Positions 13,861 to 27,780 of a stretch of DNA of 64,000 bases are shown here, one piece after another. The position numbers and the translations under genes are program-made. The notes below the pieces were generated by a model that was given only the letters and a program-made list of their open reading frames with translations, was not told the origin of the DNA and did no database searches. Position 1 is the first letter of the stretch. Each line of letters opens with the position of its first letter. The stretch is from contig NC_068998.1 of NCBI RefSeq assembly GCF_001194135.2, forward strand, positions 1,958,968 through 2,022,967. Reading direction: 5' to 3'. This DNA is from Octopus bimaculoides (lineage: Eukaryota).

Positions 13861-13907
13861 TCATGTGTGTATTACATAAGTGTTCAAGTACAGGAGTCTG
13901 TATACAT

Positions 13908-13942
<35 letters not shown>

Positions 13943-16900
13943 CATGACGAGAGGTGTATTGTGTGGTGGAGATAGTGAAGGGGGGAAAAGGAAGAACGAA
14001 AGACTGGCAAAGATGGTTTCCATGTCTGATGTCAATATTGGTTTTGATGCTAAAGCAAAAACAAACAAAATTAAATAAATTCAGAGAATTAAAAAAAAAA
14101 AGCGAAAAAAAACTATAAGCCATGTGAATGTCTTCCATTTGGTTGCCCTCCACAGCATCACACCCCACCCACCACCGTCCCCACTCCATGTTAGGAGATC
14201 CGCTTTTTCAAGATGATTTCCCTACTTAAAGGGAAAGTCAGGTTTCATACACGAAGGAGCAATGTAATAACAAGCTCAAGTGGAGTTCAAATCAGTTGAA
14301 GGAGTCCTTAATAAGCAATCCAACCCATCGCAATCGCCATCACAAGCATCACTGCCATTATCACCATCATCAATATCATTGCAACCATCCCCACCACCAC
14401 CGCTGCCACAACAGTCATCATCACTACAATCAGCAGCAGCAGCAGCAGTGCTGCCATCACCACCACCATCACAACCACCACCATCACCACCTTTATTACT
14501 CTCATGTTAACATCTGTTCTTCCATGCTGCTAAAGATTATGGTCGAGACATGGAATAGAAGACATCAAAGACCATCAACTCCTTCAGATCCAATCCACCC
14601 CCACCCCCACCCCCATTNNNNNNNNNNGCCAACTTGTTGCACAATTTCCAACAGACCATCCACAGGGTACACTGCTGTCTCTAACAGAGGGAGATCTATA
14701 GGGCCAGCTAACTGTTATACACCTGAGTTCTACATTAAACTCTATTGAGGATTTTAATTCATTCCATAGGTGCGTGTAGGGCTACGTGATTAAGAAGTTG
14801 GCTTAGCAACTGCAAGATTTTGGGTTCAGTCCCACTGCACACCACTTTGGACAATTGTCTTCTATAGCCCAGGGATGACATCTGTCCAATCATTAAGTAC
14901 ACACATACACTGTGTGTGTGTGTGTATGTGCATGTGTACGTGTGTGTGTGTGTGTGTGTACAGAGAAAAGTGGTTTTCTTCCCCACATGTAGAAATACTG
15001 GAGGGTTAGCTTTGCAGTTGAAATTACACCTGGAGTTTAAATTTATTAAAATACCATTTTCGGTTTCAGTAACTGGTTTTGTTTTTTCAATAGAAAATGT
15101 AAATTAAAAAAAAAAAAAAAGAGAAGCTAAGTTTAGGAAAAAAAAGAATGCACAGGAGAAAGTTCCATTGCAATAAAACATGCTCAAACATCAAAATGTT
15201 CAATAAATTTCCAAGCAAAATTACATGATGAAGAATTCAATAAGAATTCAACAGCAAATGGAAATTATAAGAATTCAAGTGATGAATAAATTTCACAGCA
15301 GTTATACAGGATTGAAAATTGAAAGTTCAACAGGTTTCAAAGAAATATATTATGTTAGCAATTAGATATGAAGATTCCAAAGAATAGAAAAAGATTTTTT
15401 TTTTTTTTTTTTAGAAGTTCTATCCTGTTGTATCAAAGTGAATCATTTGTCATTTGCTTTGCTTGTGGAACTGGAACGGTTTCAAGCTGATACTGCTTTT
15501 TATATGTATACGTGTGTGTATATACAGACAGAGAGAGTGGGGTGAAGGTGCATGGCCTAGTGGTACTCATGATCCTTAGACCATGGGTTCGATTCCCAGA
15601 CCAGGTAATGCATTGTGTTCTTGAGCAGAACACTTCATTTCACATTCACTTCATTCAGCTATAAATAGGTGACCTTGCAACAGACAAGCCTTCCAACCAG
15701 AGCAATGTTGGTCCGCTCACCTAACCAGTAGGGTGGCGTCATTTAAAAGCAAAAACAAGGTTAAGTACATCATAAGCCGCAATGTATAACAACATGCCAT
15801 AGTTTGTTCGATGCTGTGAGACATGGATCTTAAGATACAGGTTCAAGTCTCGATGAACTCAAACACAACACTTGTTTTCATGCGCTTGTGACTGAGCATT
15901 CCAGTGGGTTGACTAATATTTTAGTCACCTACTGTTAGGAAGTAGCCTTGTGTTGTGGGAACATCATTTGGTTATCAAATATCTTGGTCACTTGTTTTGG
16001 ACTGACAGTCAGCAAGCATGCCAGATATATCCGATTCGCATAGGACATAGCTTGACTTTGTCCTGCTTTGACACATTCATCCAACCATTACATCAGAAAG
16101 GCAAGTGACATCTCATTAAAATTAGGGCCTGGGGTGAGTTCTGTAAAAATATAGGCAATGGGTTCTGCAATCTACCTTTTATTTGTTTCAGTCATTAGTC
16201 TGTGGCCATGCTGGGGCACCACCTGAAGAATCTGTTAATCAAATGAATCAGCTCTGGCACTGTGGCTCATCCTCCACATATTCCTATTCTATCCCTTCAA
16301 GTACCGGCCCCCCTTTACAGATATCACTCAAGGGCAGTGATATTATATTGAGCCTTGGTGCACAAGTGATCCCACTTTCCATTCAGTGTTAATCCAATGT
16401 TTAACTCATATTCTAATCGCAACAAAAATATTTATGAAAATGTATATACAATTTGTAAATATTTTGTTTCTAAGAAAACTAAGAATCTGCTTAACACCCA
16501 GCACCTCCCTGACACGGACGGCTTCTTGTGCACTTACAACAACAACAACAACAACCACCATCAGCCACTCATTCAGAGGAGACACCACGACTCTAAATGG
16601 TTGCATGACAGAGATGGGGTTCTTCTCGGTTCAACCCTTGTAGCTTTGTGCTCAAACCCACACCCACGCTTCCACCCACACTCACATGCTCATACCCACG
16701 CTACCACGCTCATACCCACACCCCTACGCTCAAGCCCACACAACTGTACAGACCTTGTCGCGAATTCCTCTCCCACCCCTCACCATCCCACTCCCCACTT
16801 ATATCAGCAACAAAAGTATGCAAACAACATAATAGCTGCTAATAACAATAAACTCAAAAATTTCCAATTTAACCACACACACACACAGAGTAAACCAAAT

Positions 16901-17653
16901 GGTTCTTGGAAACTGGTATCTTACATCAATAACCATAACATCTACAAACAAACAACAGTGACAACATTTACTGAATGTGTTTTGCCCTTGGGATCAAGAG
17001 TTAACAACACCTTTTAATATGCTTTACTGCCGGCTTTTGTGTATAAGAATGCTCCAGTGTGGCCAAAGCCAACTGGATGACTCCAGTTAAAAAAGGCAAA
17101 ATCTGAGAACACACATCTACTATAGAACAATGTCATGGTCCTTGTGAATTATAACCCTTAAGAAAAACAGCATCCCCCAAGAACAGTAACAAGCAGAGGT
17201 ATTACATAAGTGTGTGTGTAGAGAGAGAGAGGGTGAGAGAGAGAGAGTGAGAGAGAGAGAGGGTGAGAGAGAGAAAGAGAGATGCAGGTAAACAGGTTTA
17301 GGTTTGATTTTATATATATATTATGTGTATATATTTGAAAAAATGAGTAGAGATGGCTTTTTTGAGGGAATGATTTTTATTTTAATCTTAATTTTTACTG
17401 TTATATATATAGTAGCGATTATGTAAAAGTGTCATACGTTCAAAACGGTTTTACAGGAAACAAAAAAAATAGTTTCACCATTCCATAGCAAACTACACTA
17501 AGAATTTTTGATATGTTGGCAGCTGGACATGCGACAGTTTGACCGAAAGAACCGGCTATTGCAAGCAAAAATAAATATCGAAAAAGAAACATTTGGCCAA
17601 ATTTGGACATACGATAGTTTAACATAATAGCAACGAGAGAGAGAGAGAGAGAG

Positions 17654-17696
<43 letters not shown>

Positions 17697-19342
17697 ATTT
17701 GACGACAGTCGTTCCATGCTGGCATGAGTCGGTTGTCAGAACAAAGTATTTTATATAAATACATAGAAACATAGATATTTACAGAGATGCGTGCATATGC
17801 ACAGAGAGAGAGGGAGAGAAAGATACACCTATATATGCACTTTATGAATCCAGAGTAATTAGAAATCTGAACCCTGTCCCATACAACACAAAAATANNNN
17901 NNNNNNNNNNNNNNNNNNNNNNNNNNNNNNNNNNNNNNNNNNNNNNNNNNNNNNNNNNNNNNNNNNNNNNNNNNNNNNNNNNNNNNNNNNNNNNNNNNNN
18001 NNNNNNNNNNNNNNNNNNNNNNNNNNNNNNNNNTCCGTGTCCCTCCATCACTCTACATTCTGTCACGTCCATTGTTTTCTCTTCTCAAACATTCGGATGG
18101 ATTGAATTCATGCAAACAAGAACAGTGAATCATCAGATTCACACAAATGCTTATTTGTCTTTTTTTTATGTCTGTTTTCCCATGCTAGCATGGGTTAGAT
18201 GTTACTGAGGCACTGTTTTTCAGCCAGACACCACCCCAGACACTGGTCTTCATCTGCTGGGTTGAATAGTTGGATAATTCGATGCGACCCAACAAACCAG
18301 AGGACTGCTTTGAGCCCTTCTGCTTGTTTTGGCATGGTTTCTACAGTTGCAAGCCTTTTCTAACACCAGCCACGATACAGAGCATACTGGATGCTTCTTT
18401 TTTTTTCCACAGCACCAGCACTAGTGAGGTCACCAAGCAACCTGCAAGGCAAAGGCCCCTTGACTGATTGTGCCAGATATTGAACAAGTACAATAGATAC
18501 ATGGCTGGAAAGGGAAAAAGGATATCAAACATGAGGTATCAGGATGTACCCTTAAAGTACAAGAAGGTGGGTATAAGAGAAAATACATACAAGTACATAA
18601 ACACACACATACACAAAGACGCAAAGTGAGAGAGGAGGGAAGCGGACAAAGCAGAAAAGGAAACTTTAAATACAAAAGAAATTCTATTTATTTTGTTCAG
18701 AACTGAAGTTCATGATGCTAACTCCTCGCTGACATTATATTAGGAAAATAACAGACATTAAAGACTTTCATGACACATATATACATATTACGGGGCCATG
18801 TCCCAATATCGTAAATGTCAAATAATATTAGATTATGTTAATATAGTTTGGAGAATAAATAAATGAAAACAAGAACAACAGTAGCAGACTTTCCGCTAAG
18901 GACCATTAATGCATTTGAGGCGTTAAGTAACAGACCGTCGTAAGCAACCCAAGTTAAAAACTGAGAAAAATACAAAGTTACACAACTTTCAGAATGTGAT
19001 GTCTCTGCAAGGAATGAAGTTAAGGTTTTGGTCTTAAAATGACCGTGAAGACCTCTTCTAATCATTCCACCGATGTAGAATTATTTATTTATGCATGCAT
19101 CGAAAAGATGAAACAATGACTGCATCTGTCTCATTTTGCAGAATATACCAGTACTACGAAACTGGTGTATTGCATTGCATATTTTAGCCATTATACCAAG
19201 AAAAAACATACTGAGACCCCACCCAGTACCAGTTTCAGTCATTAAGACTTTTTCAACTGTATGTATGGAATAAAAATTTTGGAAGAATTAAAAAGAGTTT
19301 TTTAAAAGAATATTTCCATAGTATTCAAGGGACATTTTCCTT

Positions 19343-19384
<42 letters not shown>

Positions 19385-20422
19385 GGGGGTTTGTATGTGG
19401 TGTGAGGTAGTTGAGCACAAATAGCCAGCCAACACAGTTTGAATGAAGTAAGGTCAAAAGCTCTAAAAGAAAATAGAAGTGCTGTGTTTAATAAGGAGGG
19501 ACTATTATCATAGCTTCATTCCTAACCTTTACACTGCCGAACACTTGACAAATCATGTCCACTAACAATGACAGGAATGTTGGTGGATTTTTGGCCCCCT
19601 TCTTAACTTCCAGGTCACACAGAAATAAGTAAATAAACAATATACCAGCACCAGAACAACATTAACAAAAACTACCAAGAGAGCAAACCAAAGAAAAATA
19701 TATAATTGAACTTCATTGAGGTTGTTTTAATTTTTAAAATGGGTCATCCCCACCTTGGGATTAATATTGTGAGTATAGATAAGAACATCAATGAATAATA
19801 AGAGATTTAATAATTGGTCTTAAATTTAGTTGTTCAACCTGTATAGCTGCTGCTGCTTCCAAAATTATGTCTTTAGCAAAGAGAAACTTTGACCTTTGTT
19901 GTGTATGAAACAGTTGATTGAAATAGCTATCTGGGAATTATGGCAATCAATAGATTTGTAACAGGATGTTTCATGTACATTCATCTTCATGGTCATACTG
20001 ACGATAGTAAAGGCAGAGACTGATACACAGGTGTGTGTGTGTGTGTGTGTGTGTGTGTCACAGAACCACCCCGAAACTAGGTGCCATTATCTAAGCTTAA
20101 ATAAAATTATCTATAGAGAAAAAAAGCCAATAAGAATGTAAGTTATCTCCGCAAACCACGAATCTGCAAACACTTTCCACCTGACGAGAATGAAAGGCAA
20201 CTCAGAAATATCTAAATCGCTGTGATGAAGTGGGCAAAAATAAAGGTGAGCTGGTGTGGGCGTCTTTTGTGCGACCAATCTTTCTGCAGCTCATCTCATT
20301 GACAGAGCTGCAGTCATGGGTCAAATGTAGACCAAGGTTGGGCGTTTGGTATCTAGAATGTTGCCAGGCACTCACTACCCAAAACCGTTAGCAGGTAAAC
20401 AACCCAAGATTTCTATAGGGGG

Positions 20423-20447
20423 TTAGGGTTAGGGTTAGGGTGAGGGT
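20423..20447 (+). repeat. Short interstitial telomere-type repeat (TTAGGG)3 + TGAGGG
   Basis: ttagggttagggttagggtgagggt read directly. Confidence 0.9.
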
Positions 20448-22235
20448 AGAAGTGATGATGGCCAAGGATTGAATCTAGGCATCGAGAACAGTCTGAGTAG
20501 TCTCTTTCAGAGTACCAAAAGTCTTTGTCTTGGCAGTGCTATAGAGGGGCATTGCCCATTCAAAACAAGCTCTTCAGGCATGGAAGTGCCAACAACCGAA
20601 CCTGCCTGAGATGGTTGTAGGAGGACAAAATAATTTTTGAATATTTCATTTTATTTTAAGGTCATATTTTTCTTTTAAGAATTAATATTCATTTCATCAT
20701 TTTGTATAAGCAGCAAAAAATTGGATAAAAGTTCAATTATTATTATTATTATTGTATGTATGCCATATTTCCTAATCTTCTTCTTCGATGGCCAAAGTAT
20801 ATTTCCAGAGTTCCCTATCACAGGTAACACTTTAGTTATATCAAATAACTATAATTTAGGCTTTCTCTTCTGAATAATTCTTCAGGCAGAAAGCAAAGAA
20901 CTTCAAAAGGTATCTAATCTTTACTGCTTGCCATTTTCTTTCTCGGAAAAATAATCAGTTTCTAAGGTACTGCTTCAGACTTTATTCCTTTATTCCATCA
21001 TCTGCTCTCCTCCTGCATTCTAAATCACCATTTTCCTATAAGCTGCAACTGTTCTTTGCCACCACCACCACCACCACCACCACCATCTCAAGATCAACAA
21101 AACAAACAATGAAAAACTGCTGCCGCTCATGGTCTTTCTCACAACATCCTCAACTGCTATCTTTATCAGCAGATACCATTTTCATTAAACAACTTCACTA
21201 TCTCCAATTTCCTTTCAAGTGTGTGTTACTCACTACATTGTTTCTCCCCTCACCCCCATCACCACCACCACCACCCTTCTACGTCCATTCATATCTTAGG
21301 GTATAACACAAAAACATCAGATATAGCGACTATCTTTGACAACAGCCCTAGACAAATCCCCCAAGTCAAGTGCTATGTGAAGTGCCAGTGCCAGTCCTTA
21401 CACTTTCCCTTTGCTTAACCAGCATTCAAAAGAGTTATTTAAAAGAAATCAACAAGAAGTTTGGAAAAATAAGAAAGATATTAGTTCTTGGAATTTGCAA
21501 TCTATTCTTCGTGTGTGAATATTGAACAATAATTCTTGTTTATAGAACTCTGCTGTAAGGGAAGTATTGATTTCTCTCTTTAAACACTCAAAGCATTTAA
21601 AAATTATTTGAAGAAGTTTAATTAACTCTAAAATCCCTAACGAGATAAAATTAGGGGCAAAAAAATATACTGTATAATTGTTCCTTCTTATCTCAGAGAA
21701 AATGGAAGGGTGCAATATCTTGGAGACAGCAGTGAGCTTGCAGAATCATTTGCACATCAAACAAACTGCTTAGTAACATTTCTTCTGACACTTCATGTTC
21801 TGAGTTCAAACCCTACCGAAATCAGTTTGGCCTTTCATCAAGTTCAATAAAATAAAGTGCCAGTTCAAGTACTGAGGTTGATGTAACTGACTTGTCCCCT
21901 CCCCTCAAAATTGCTGGCCAAGAACCCAGCAATTGATCAGTGTCCAGTTCAGGGATGGATGGATATTTTGATCTCAGTCATTATTTATACAGCATGGAAA
22001 CTGAGTAAGGAGCCTGAAGAGCCCAAGAAAATCAAATATTTTGTAGGGGGGCAGGAGTAATGGTGAGAGTACTTGTACAAGACTGAGAAGAGAAAGCTGC
22101 AGAAATGATTGCGATTCACAAAAATACAGATACACACAGGAAATCAGGGATGTGCGCACACACACACACACATGGTGAGAACCATAGATGCACATATAAA
22201 GAAACACACACAGTGAGAACCATAGATGCATGTAT

Positions 22236-22299
<64 letters not shown>

Positions 22300-22499
22300 G
22301 CTTGCTACACTTCAAATTCTAATATTTGTTCCTCTTCAAAACCCAAAACCTTATATAGACTGATCAAAGATGGGTGCAATATCACATGCAGCTGTTCCTC
22401 ATTAAGGAGCTCCAATTTCTTCAGATATGCACCAAGTGAGAGAAGAATGGAAAATATCTTTAATAAAGAAAACTAGATAAGATTCAGTCCTCTGCATTT

Positions 22500-22622
22500 C
22501 TTTCTCTCTCACCACTCCTCATTCTATCCCATCCATCTCTCTCTCACCACTCCTCATTCTATCCCATCCATCTCTCTCTCTCTTACCACTCCTCATTCTA
22601 TCCCAACCATCTCTCTCTCTCA
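22500..22622. repeat. Minisatellite, 3 x ~33-37 bp (CTCTCTCACCACTCCTCATTCTATCCCATCCAT)
   Basis: Three near-identical tandem units. Confidence 0.95.
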
Positions 22623-23808
22623 TCACTTCATTATTTCTCCACTACTGCTACCACAATTATATACTACTTCACAGCTCACACAAGCATCACTTACACACAC
22701 ACACACACACACACCCCAGCTCAAACTTCTCAGCTCTTAAAGCAACAAAAAGTTATTTTCAACCAGTTTATATAGAAGTGAGATGATTTTTACATAGCTA
22801 AAAAGGTAGGTCAACTTCTACACCAAGACAACTTTTGAGCACCAAAAATTCCACAGGAAATGCAGCAGAGTTTGGAAAGGTAGCAACAGTCTTTGAATGC
22901 CTACACTTTTATACATCGTTGACTTGAATGCCAGAAAACAATACTTTTACAATATTTTTTTTTTAACTGTTTTAAATATAGACCCCAGGACTTATTCTTT
23001 GTAAACCTAGTACTTTTTGAACTCAGAATGTAAAGACATAAAATGCTGCTAAGCATTTCGTCCAGCATGCTAACAATTCTGCCAGCTCACTGCCTTCATA
23101 AATAATAATAATAATAATAATAATTACTTATTTTAGATTTGCAAGACTGAAATTAAATTTTTACAAAAGACAAAAAAATTCTTTATCAAATATTTATCAT
23201 GAAAAAACAAACCGAATTCCAAAAATAGTTTTTTTCTCAATGGAAGAAGTGTTGACTTTTTTATATTCATTTTTAAATTTAAATTTCAGGAACAACAAAA
23301 ATTGTTCTTTAATTATATTTTTCAATTATTTGGAAAATAATTCACATAGTTTCATCAAAGATGGCTTATTTTTGAAAAAATATTTTAGCTGATATGATCT
23401 CAGAATTATTAGGGCAAGATGTAAGAGTTAATATATAACCCTTTAACTAATTAACGTCTGAGTACAATACCCTAGAAGCAGTAAAAAAAGTTTTTTAAAT
23501 CGAGAAAATTGAAGGAAATATATTAAAAATTAATGTTTTATATATATTTTTTTAAACAGCAAGACAATCAGAACTGCTTTACTGATCACATCTACCCTTT
23601 GGCAATGCTCTCGGTAAATCCTTTGACAAATTCTATAGTTAAATAGGAAGAATATTAAGGGGCTGAAGGCAACAGGGGGATAAGAGAGAATGGGGAGGGG
23701 AGGGAGAAGATAGGGAGCCAGAGAGTGAGGGTGAGGGAAACAGAAAGAGAAGGGGGGAGGGAGGGAGGGAGAGGAGAGGGAAAGATAGAACATTATGATG
23801 TATTAAAT

Positions 23809-23975
23809 CAGGGGTCACCAAACTTAGACCATAAACCCCTTCATGGAATCCTTGACCCCCCCCCTCAACAACCCCCAAGCATGTACAAGAAAATAAGTAG
23901 ATGTGTATATATTTACCCTCTTGAATAGTTCCATCAACCCCTAAGGGTTGATATCAACCACTTTGGTGACCCCTG
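23809..23975. mobile_element. hAT-like MITE with perfect 14-bp TIRs and 8-bp target-site duplication
   Basis: TIR CAGGGGTCACCAAA...TTTGGTGACCCCTG, flanked on both sides by TATTAAAT (23801-23808, 23976-23983). Confidence 0.9.
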
Positions 23976-24897
23976 TATTAAATGATCCCAAATTCCACAA
24001 ACACACACCAAAAAGTAGTCGCCAAAACAGGCTCAATATCCAATCACTGAACCAAATTGCCAGCACCAAAACAGCAATGCCCAATTGTCTCATTCTCCTT
24101 GCTGTGGCATGGCATAGTGCAATGAGGTGCAGTGTGGTACAGTATGATGTGGTAAGGCAAGGTGGCATGATATTTAGAATCATGTTAAGTATTTGAATCA
24201 GTAAAGTCTAACCCTGAGCAATTCAAATGTAATCCTTATCTATTCACATTTTGAATTAATCCTGTATTAATCTCGTAGCTTTGAGATTTTGATCATGTGA
24301 TTATTTTTTGGAATGACATTGTAGGGTAGGTGTGAGAGACAAGATCTGGCCAGTTTGAACATCAAACAGGTAGAATATTTTGACCAGATATAGCTGGTTT
24401 AAATGCTCAAGGGTTAATGTCAGATGCTCTTTCAAGAAGAGTTATTTAACTACCGAGGTCCTTCTAAATATGATTAAACTGTTGGCCTTGTGAACGCTGA
24501 AGGTCTCATAAAGATAAAGGATAGATACTAACTGCAACAATTTTCAAACATTCTAACATTTATTTATATTCACTGCAAAGATAACCATTCCTGGTTTTCC
24601 AGAGACAAAGATTCCCAGAGTTATTGGTTGGTGTTGATCGAGACCACAATATTTGTTGCTTTAAAAACAATGACCTCCAAATTCCAATTCAGACACTTTA
24701 ATGATAACAAAACATTTTCTGATAAGACTAAATTCATTCTTAGGTAAGAGATAACATTATTTCCCACGATACATATATGTGTCTGTGTGTGTGTACATTA
24801 TATATATATATATATATATATATAATGTACAAATTTACTACATTAAAATGTGAATTGTTACAAACACCCATATGTTTTATAGTGTATAAGCATACGT

Positions 24898-24938
<41 letters not shown>

Positions 24939-25033
24939 AAAATGAGGTAGTTGTTTCAAACCAAGTTTAAAAATAAGGTTGGAACATTTACTGTTGAAGT
25001 AACTATTCTTGGAGTCAATTTTATTGTATAGAT

Positions 25034-25085
<52 letters not shown>

Positions 25086-27540
25086 GGGCATGTGGCCTAG
25101 TGGTTAGGGGGTTGCCCTCATGAGATTGTGGGTTCAGTTCCTGGACTAGGTGGTGCATTTTGTTCTTCACTTTGACATCTGATGTGTAGCACACTTGTGC
25201 ACCCGTACGGGCAATGTCAATATGATGCAGAGAGAGAACTAGCAGGCTGCACAAACATTTGATGACTATAAACAAGTCGTTTTTGCAGGTTGTTTCAGCA
25301 AAAAACTGCAGAAACCACATCTGTTGTTTATGAAGGGAGATTGCATCTTATATATCATGGGGGAGGGGTGTATGTATATATCTCTAAATACACACACACA
25401 GATATATGACAGTCATAACATCTGACCATGTATGAAGACAAACACCAAGTAACCTTATTGTTTCATTGAGTTCTTTTCTTTACTGTAGACTACACACACA
25501 GACACACACACACACACACATCTAGATAGATATACAAACATCTCAATATATTATTGAGAGAGACAGAGTTATGTAGATAGCCAAAGTAATTATAAATTAT
25601 TGGTTTGCTCTGCATGTATCTATTCCCTCAGCTCATGGCAAAAATATTCAAGGCTGACTTATAATTAAAGTCACTAATTTATCAGCCAATACTCTTATCA
25701 ATGAAGCTGTTTGATTAAATCCAATTTAGGTTTACTAATTATGGGTTGGTACATCTCATATACAACAGGGCTGGTGGTATGTTGTGTGTGAGGGTGATGG
25801 GGAGAGAGCGGGCAGTGTGCTATGTCACTGTTAAAGGTCCAGTGTGTTGCATCATGGTTAGAGCCAATAGGGGTGTGTTGTGGTTAGGGCCAGTGGTGGT
25901 GGTGTGTCGTGATTAGCGCCGGTAGTGGTTTATCATGTGGTTGGGAGTCGGTGACAGTGTGTGGGGGTTTGACAAGAGATGGTATTAATATGTTGCAGCA
26001 GTAGAGTTGTTAGCACACCGGGCAAAACGCTTAACAGTATTTCATTTCTCCTTACGTTCTGAGTTCCACCAAATTCCACCAAAATCGACTTTGCCTTTGG
26101 GTGGGGGATGGGGTAATAAAATAAGTACCAACTGAGCACTGGGGCTGGTGTAATCGACTTATTCCCTCTCCAATGTACACTTCTGCTGCATAGTTGCATT
26201 TGCATCCAGCTATTGTTAACTGGGTAGCAATCAAGGAAGCTTTATTCAAGGTTTCTCCACAGATGTGGTCTGAAGCAAACTAACTCACGGATGTTTGATT
26301 AATGTTATTCTGCTAAGTTACAATAGTTTTTGAGAGAAGAATGGGGGTGGTAGGAACTTAATATGGCTGATAGAAAATTCTCTATGGTTGACCGCAACCC
26401 GACCTTAGGTTTAAGTTCTAAATGAGATTCTTACACCTGTAAGTAGGTCAAAGTGTATTTTTGCAATCCTAGTCTTTGGTGGTCCAAGTTTGTGATCTTC
26501 CAGTATTAAGCTGGCTATTAAATTAGATTAATTAAATCTATGAGGTACGAAGAACTTATTTATGATGCTAATTCAAAATTTTCTTTGTACACACACAGTG
26601 GGCTTCCACAGTTTCCATCCACCAAATTCACTCACAAGGCATTGGTCGATCCACTGCCATAGCAGAAGCCACTTGCCCAAGGTATCGCACAGTGTGACTG
26701 AACCTAAAACCACAGAGTCGCAAAGCAAAGGTCTTAACCACACAACAACACCTGTATCCACAACGTGCTTCTCACAAATCAGCAGACCCATGATTCCAAT
26801 TGTTAAAGGTCAAGTAGCACTATAAAGTGAGGATATGTATTGGGCATCTGTGCAGAGGCTATGTATGAAAACACACTTCAAGCCAGCTGACCAACCAATC
26901 AACCAAGTGACCCCAACCTATTCTTATAAAACACAAGGGCAGCAGCCAGGTAACATGTGACATTACAAAAGGAAATGCTTTTTTCTGGCCTCCATGACAT
27001 AACGGGCAGCAGAGTTGCAGTGATTTCCTTACAAAGCAATAAACTGACTTTGATCGACACTTTAATATTCATTTTTCTTATCCAAAACGATTATAATTGT
27101 TTCACGTGTCCTCCCCCGATTGATTGATTGATTGATTTCACCTGTAAAATGCCCACTAATGCTATCTCCTCTCACTACAATCACACTTCTTTTTTTTTCT
27201 TTATCGATTACCAAGAAAATATAATGAAAATATTACAGAAACTACAAAAAAAAAACATATACAAAAAACAAAAAAATTTATTGGTAATCAATAAAAAGCA
27301 GACATGTGGTGGTATAAAGCTGGGATGTTTTACTAGTTTATATCCAGTATTGTAGAGAGAGAGAGAAAGAGAGAGAGAAAGAGGGAGAGATGTAATTTTA
27401 GGAGCTGTGAAGAATGTGAAGGAAATGCATTTAGTGTTGGTTTGAAATTAAATGGACAGAAATGCAGAGAAGAACAAAGCTGTTTCTTATCTTAAAAGTA
27501 ATTTCACTACCAAATAGAAAAAAAAATATATGTACACATT

Positions 27541-27573
<33 letters not shown>

Positions 27574-27658
27574 NNNNNNNNNNNNNNNNNNNNNNNNNNN
27601 NNNNNNNNNNNNNNNNNNNNNNNNNNNNNNNNNNNNNNNNNNNNNNNNNNNNNNNNNN

Positions 27659-27661
27659 TAT

Positions 27662-27697
<36 letters not shown>

Positions 27698-27780
27698 ATT
27701 ATATATATATATATTATATATATATATATTATATATATATATATATTATATATATATATATATTATATATATATATATAT
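27659..27780. repeat. (TA)n/(TTATA) tract
   Basis: Direct; adjoins a gap. Confidence 1.

Larger units (their letters stand above)
3202..27658. other. Seven assembly gaps (N runs): 3202-3552, 6456-7119, 7858-8191, 12999-13323, 14618-14627, 17897-18033, 27574-27658
   Basis: N runs, mostly flanked by microsatellites, typical of a short-read scaffold. Small exons could be hidden in them. Confidence 1.

Noticed and set aside
22330-22470. Minus-strand open frame [45 protein letters not shown]
   Set aside because: It looks protein-like but is bounded by stops, has no convincing acceptor and no recognised family. Probably a TE relic or chance.
22500-22622. 33-37-bp direct repeats as a possible CRISPR array
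   Set aside because: The units are contiguous without unique spacers, the context is eukaryotic and there are no cas genes. It is a minisatellite.
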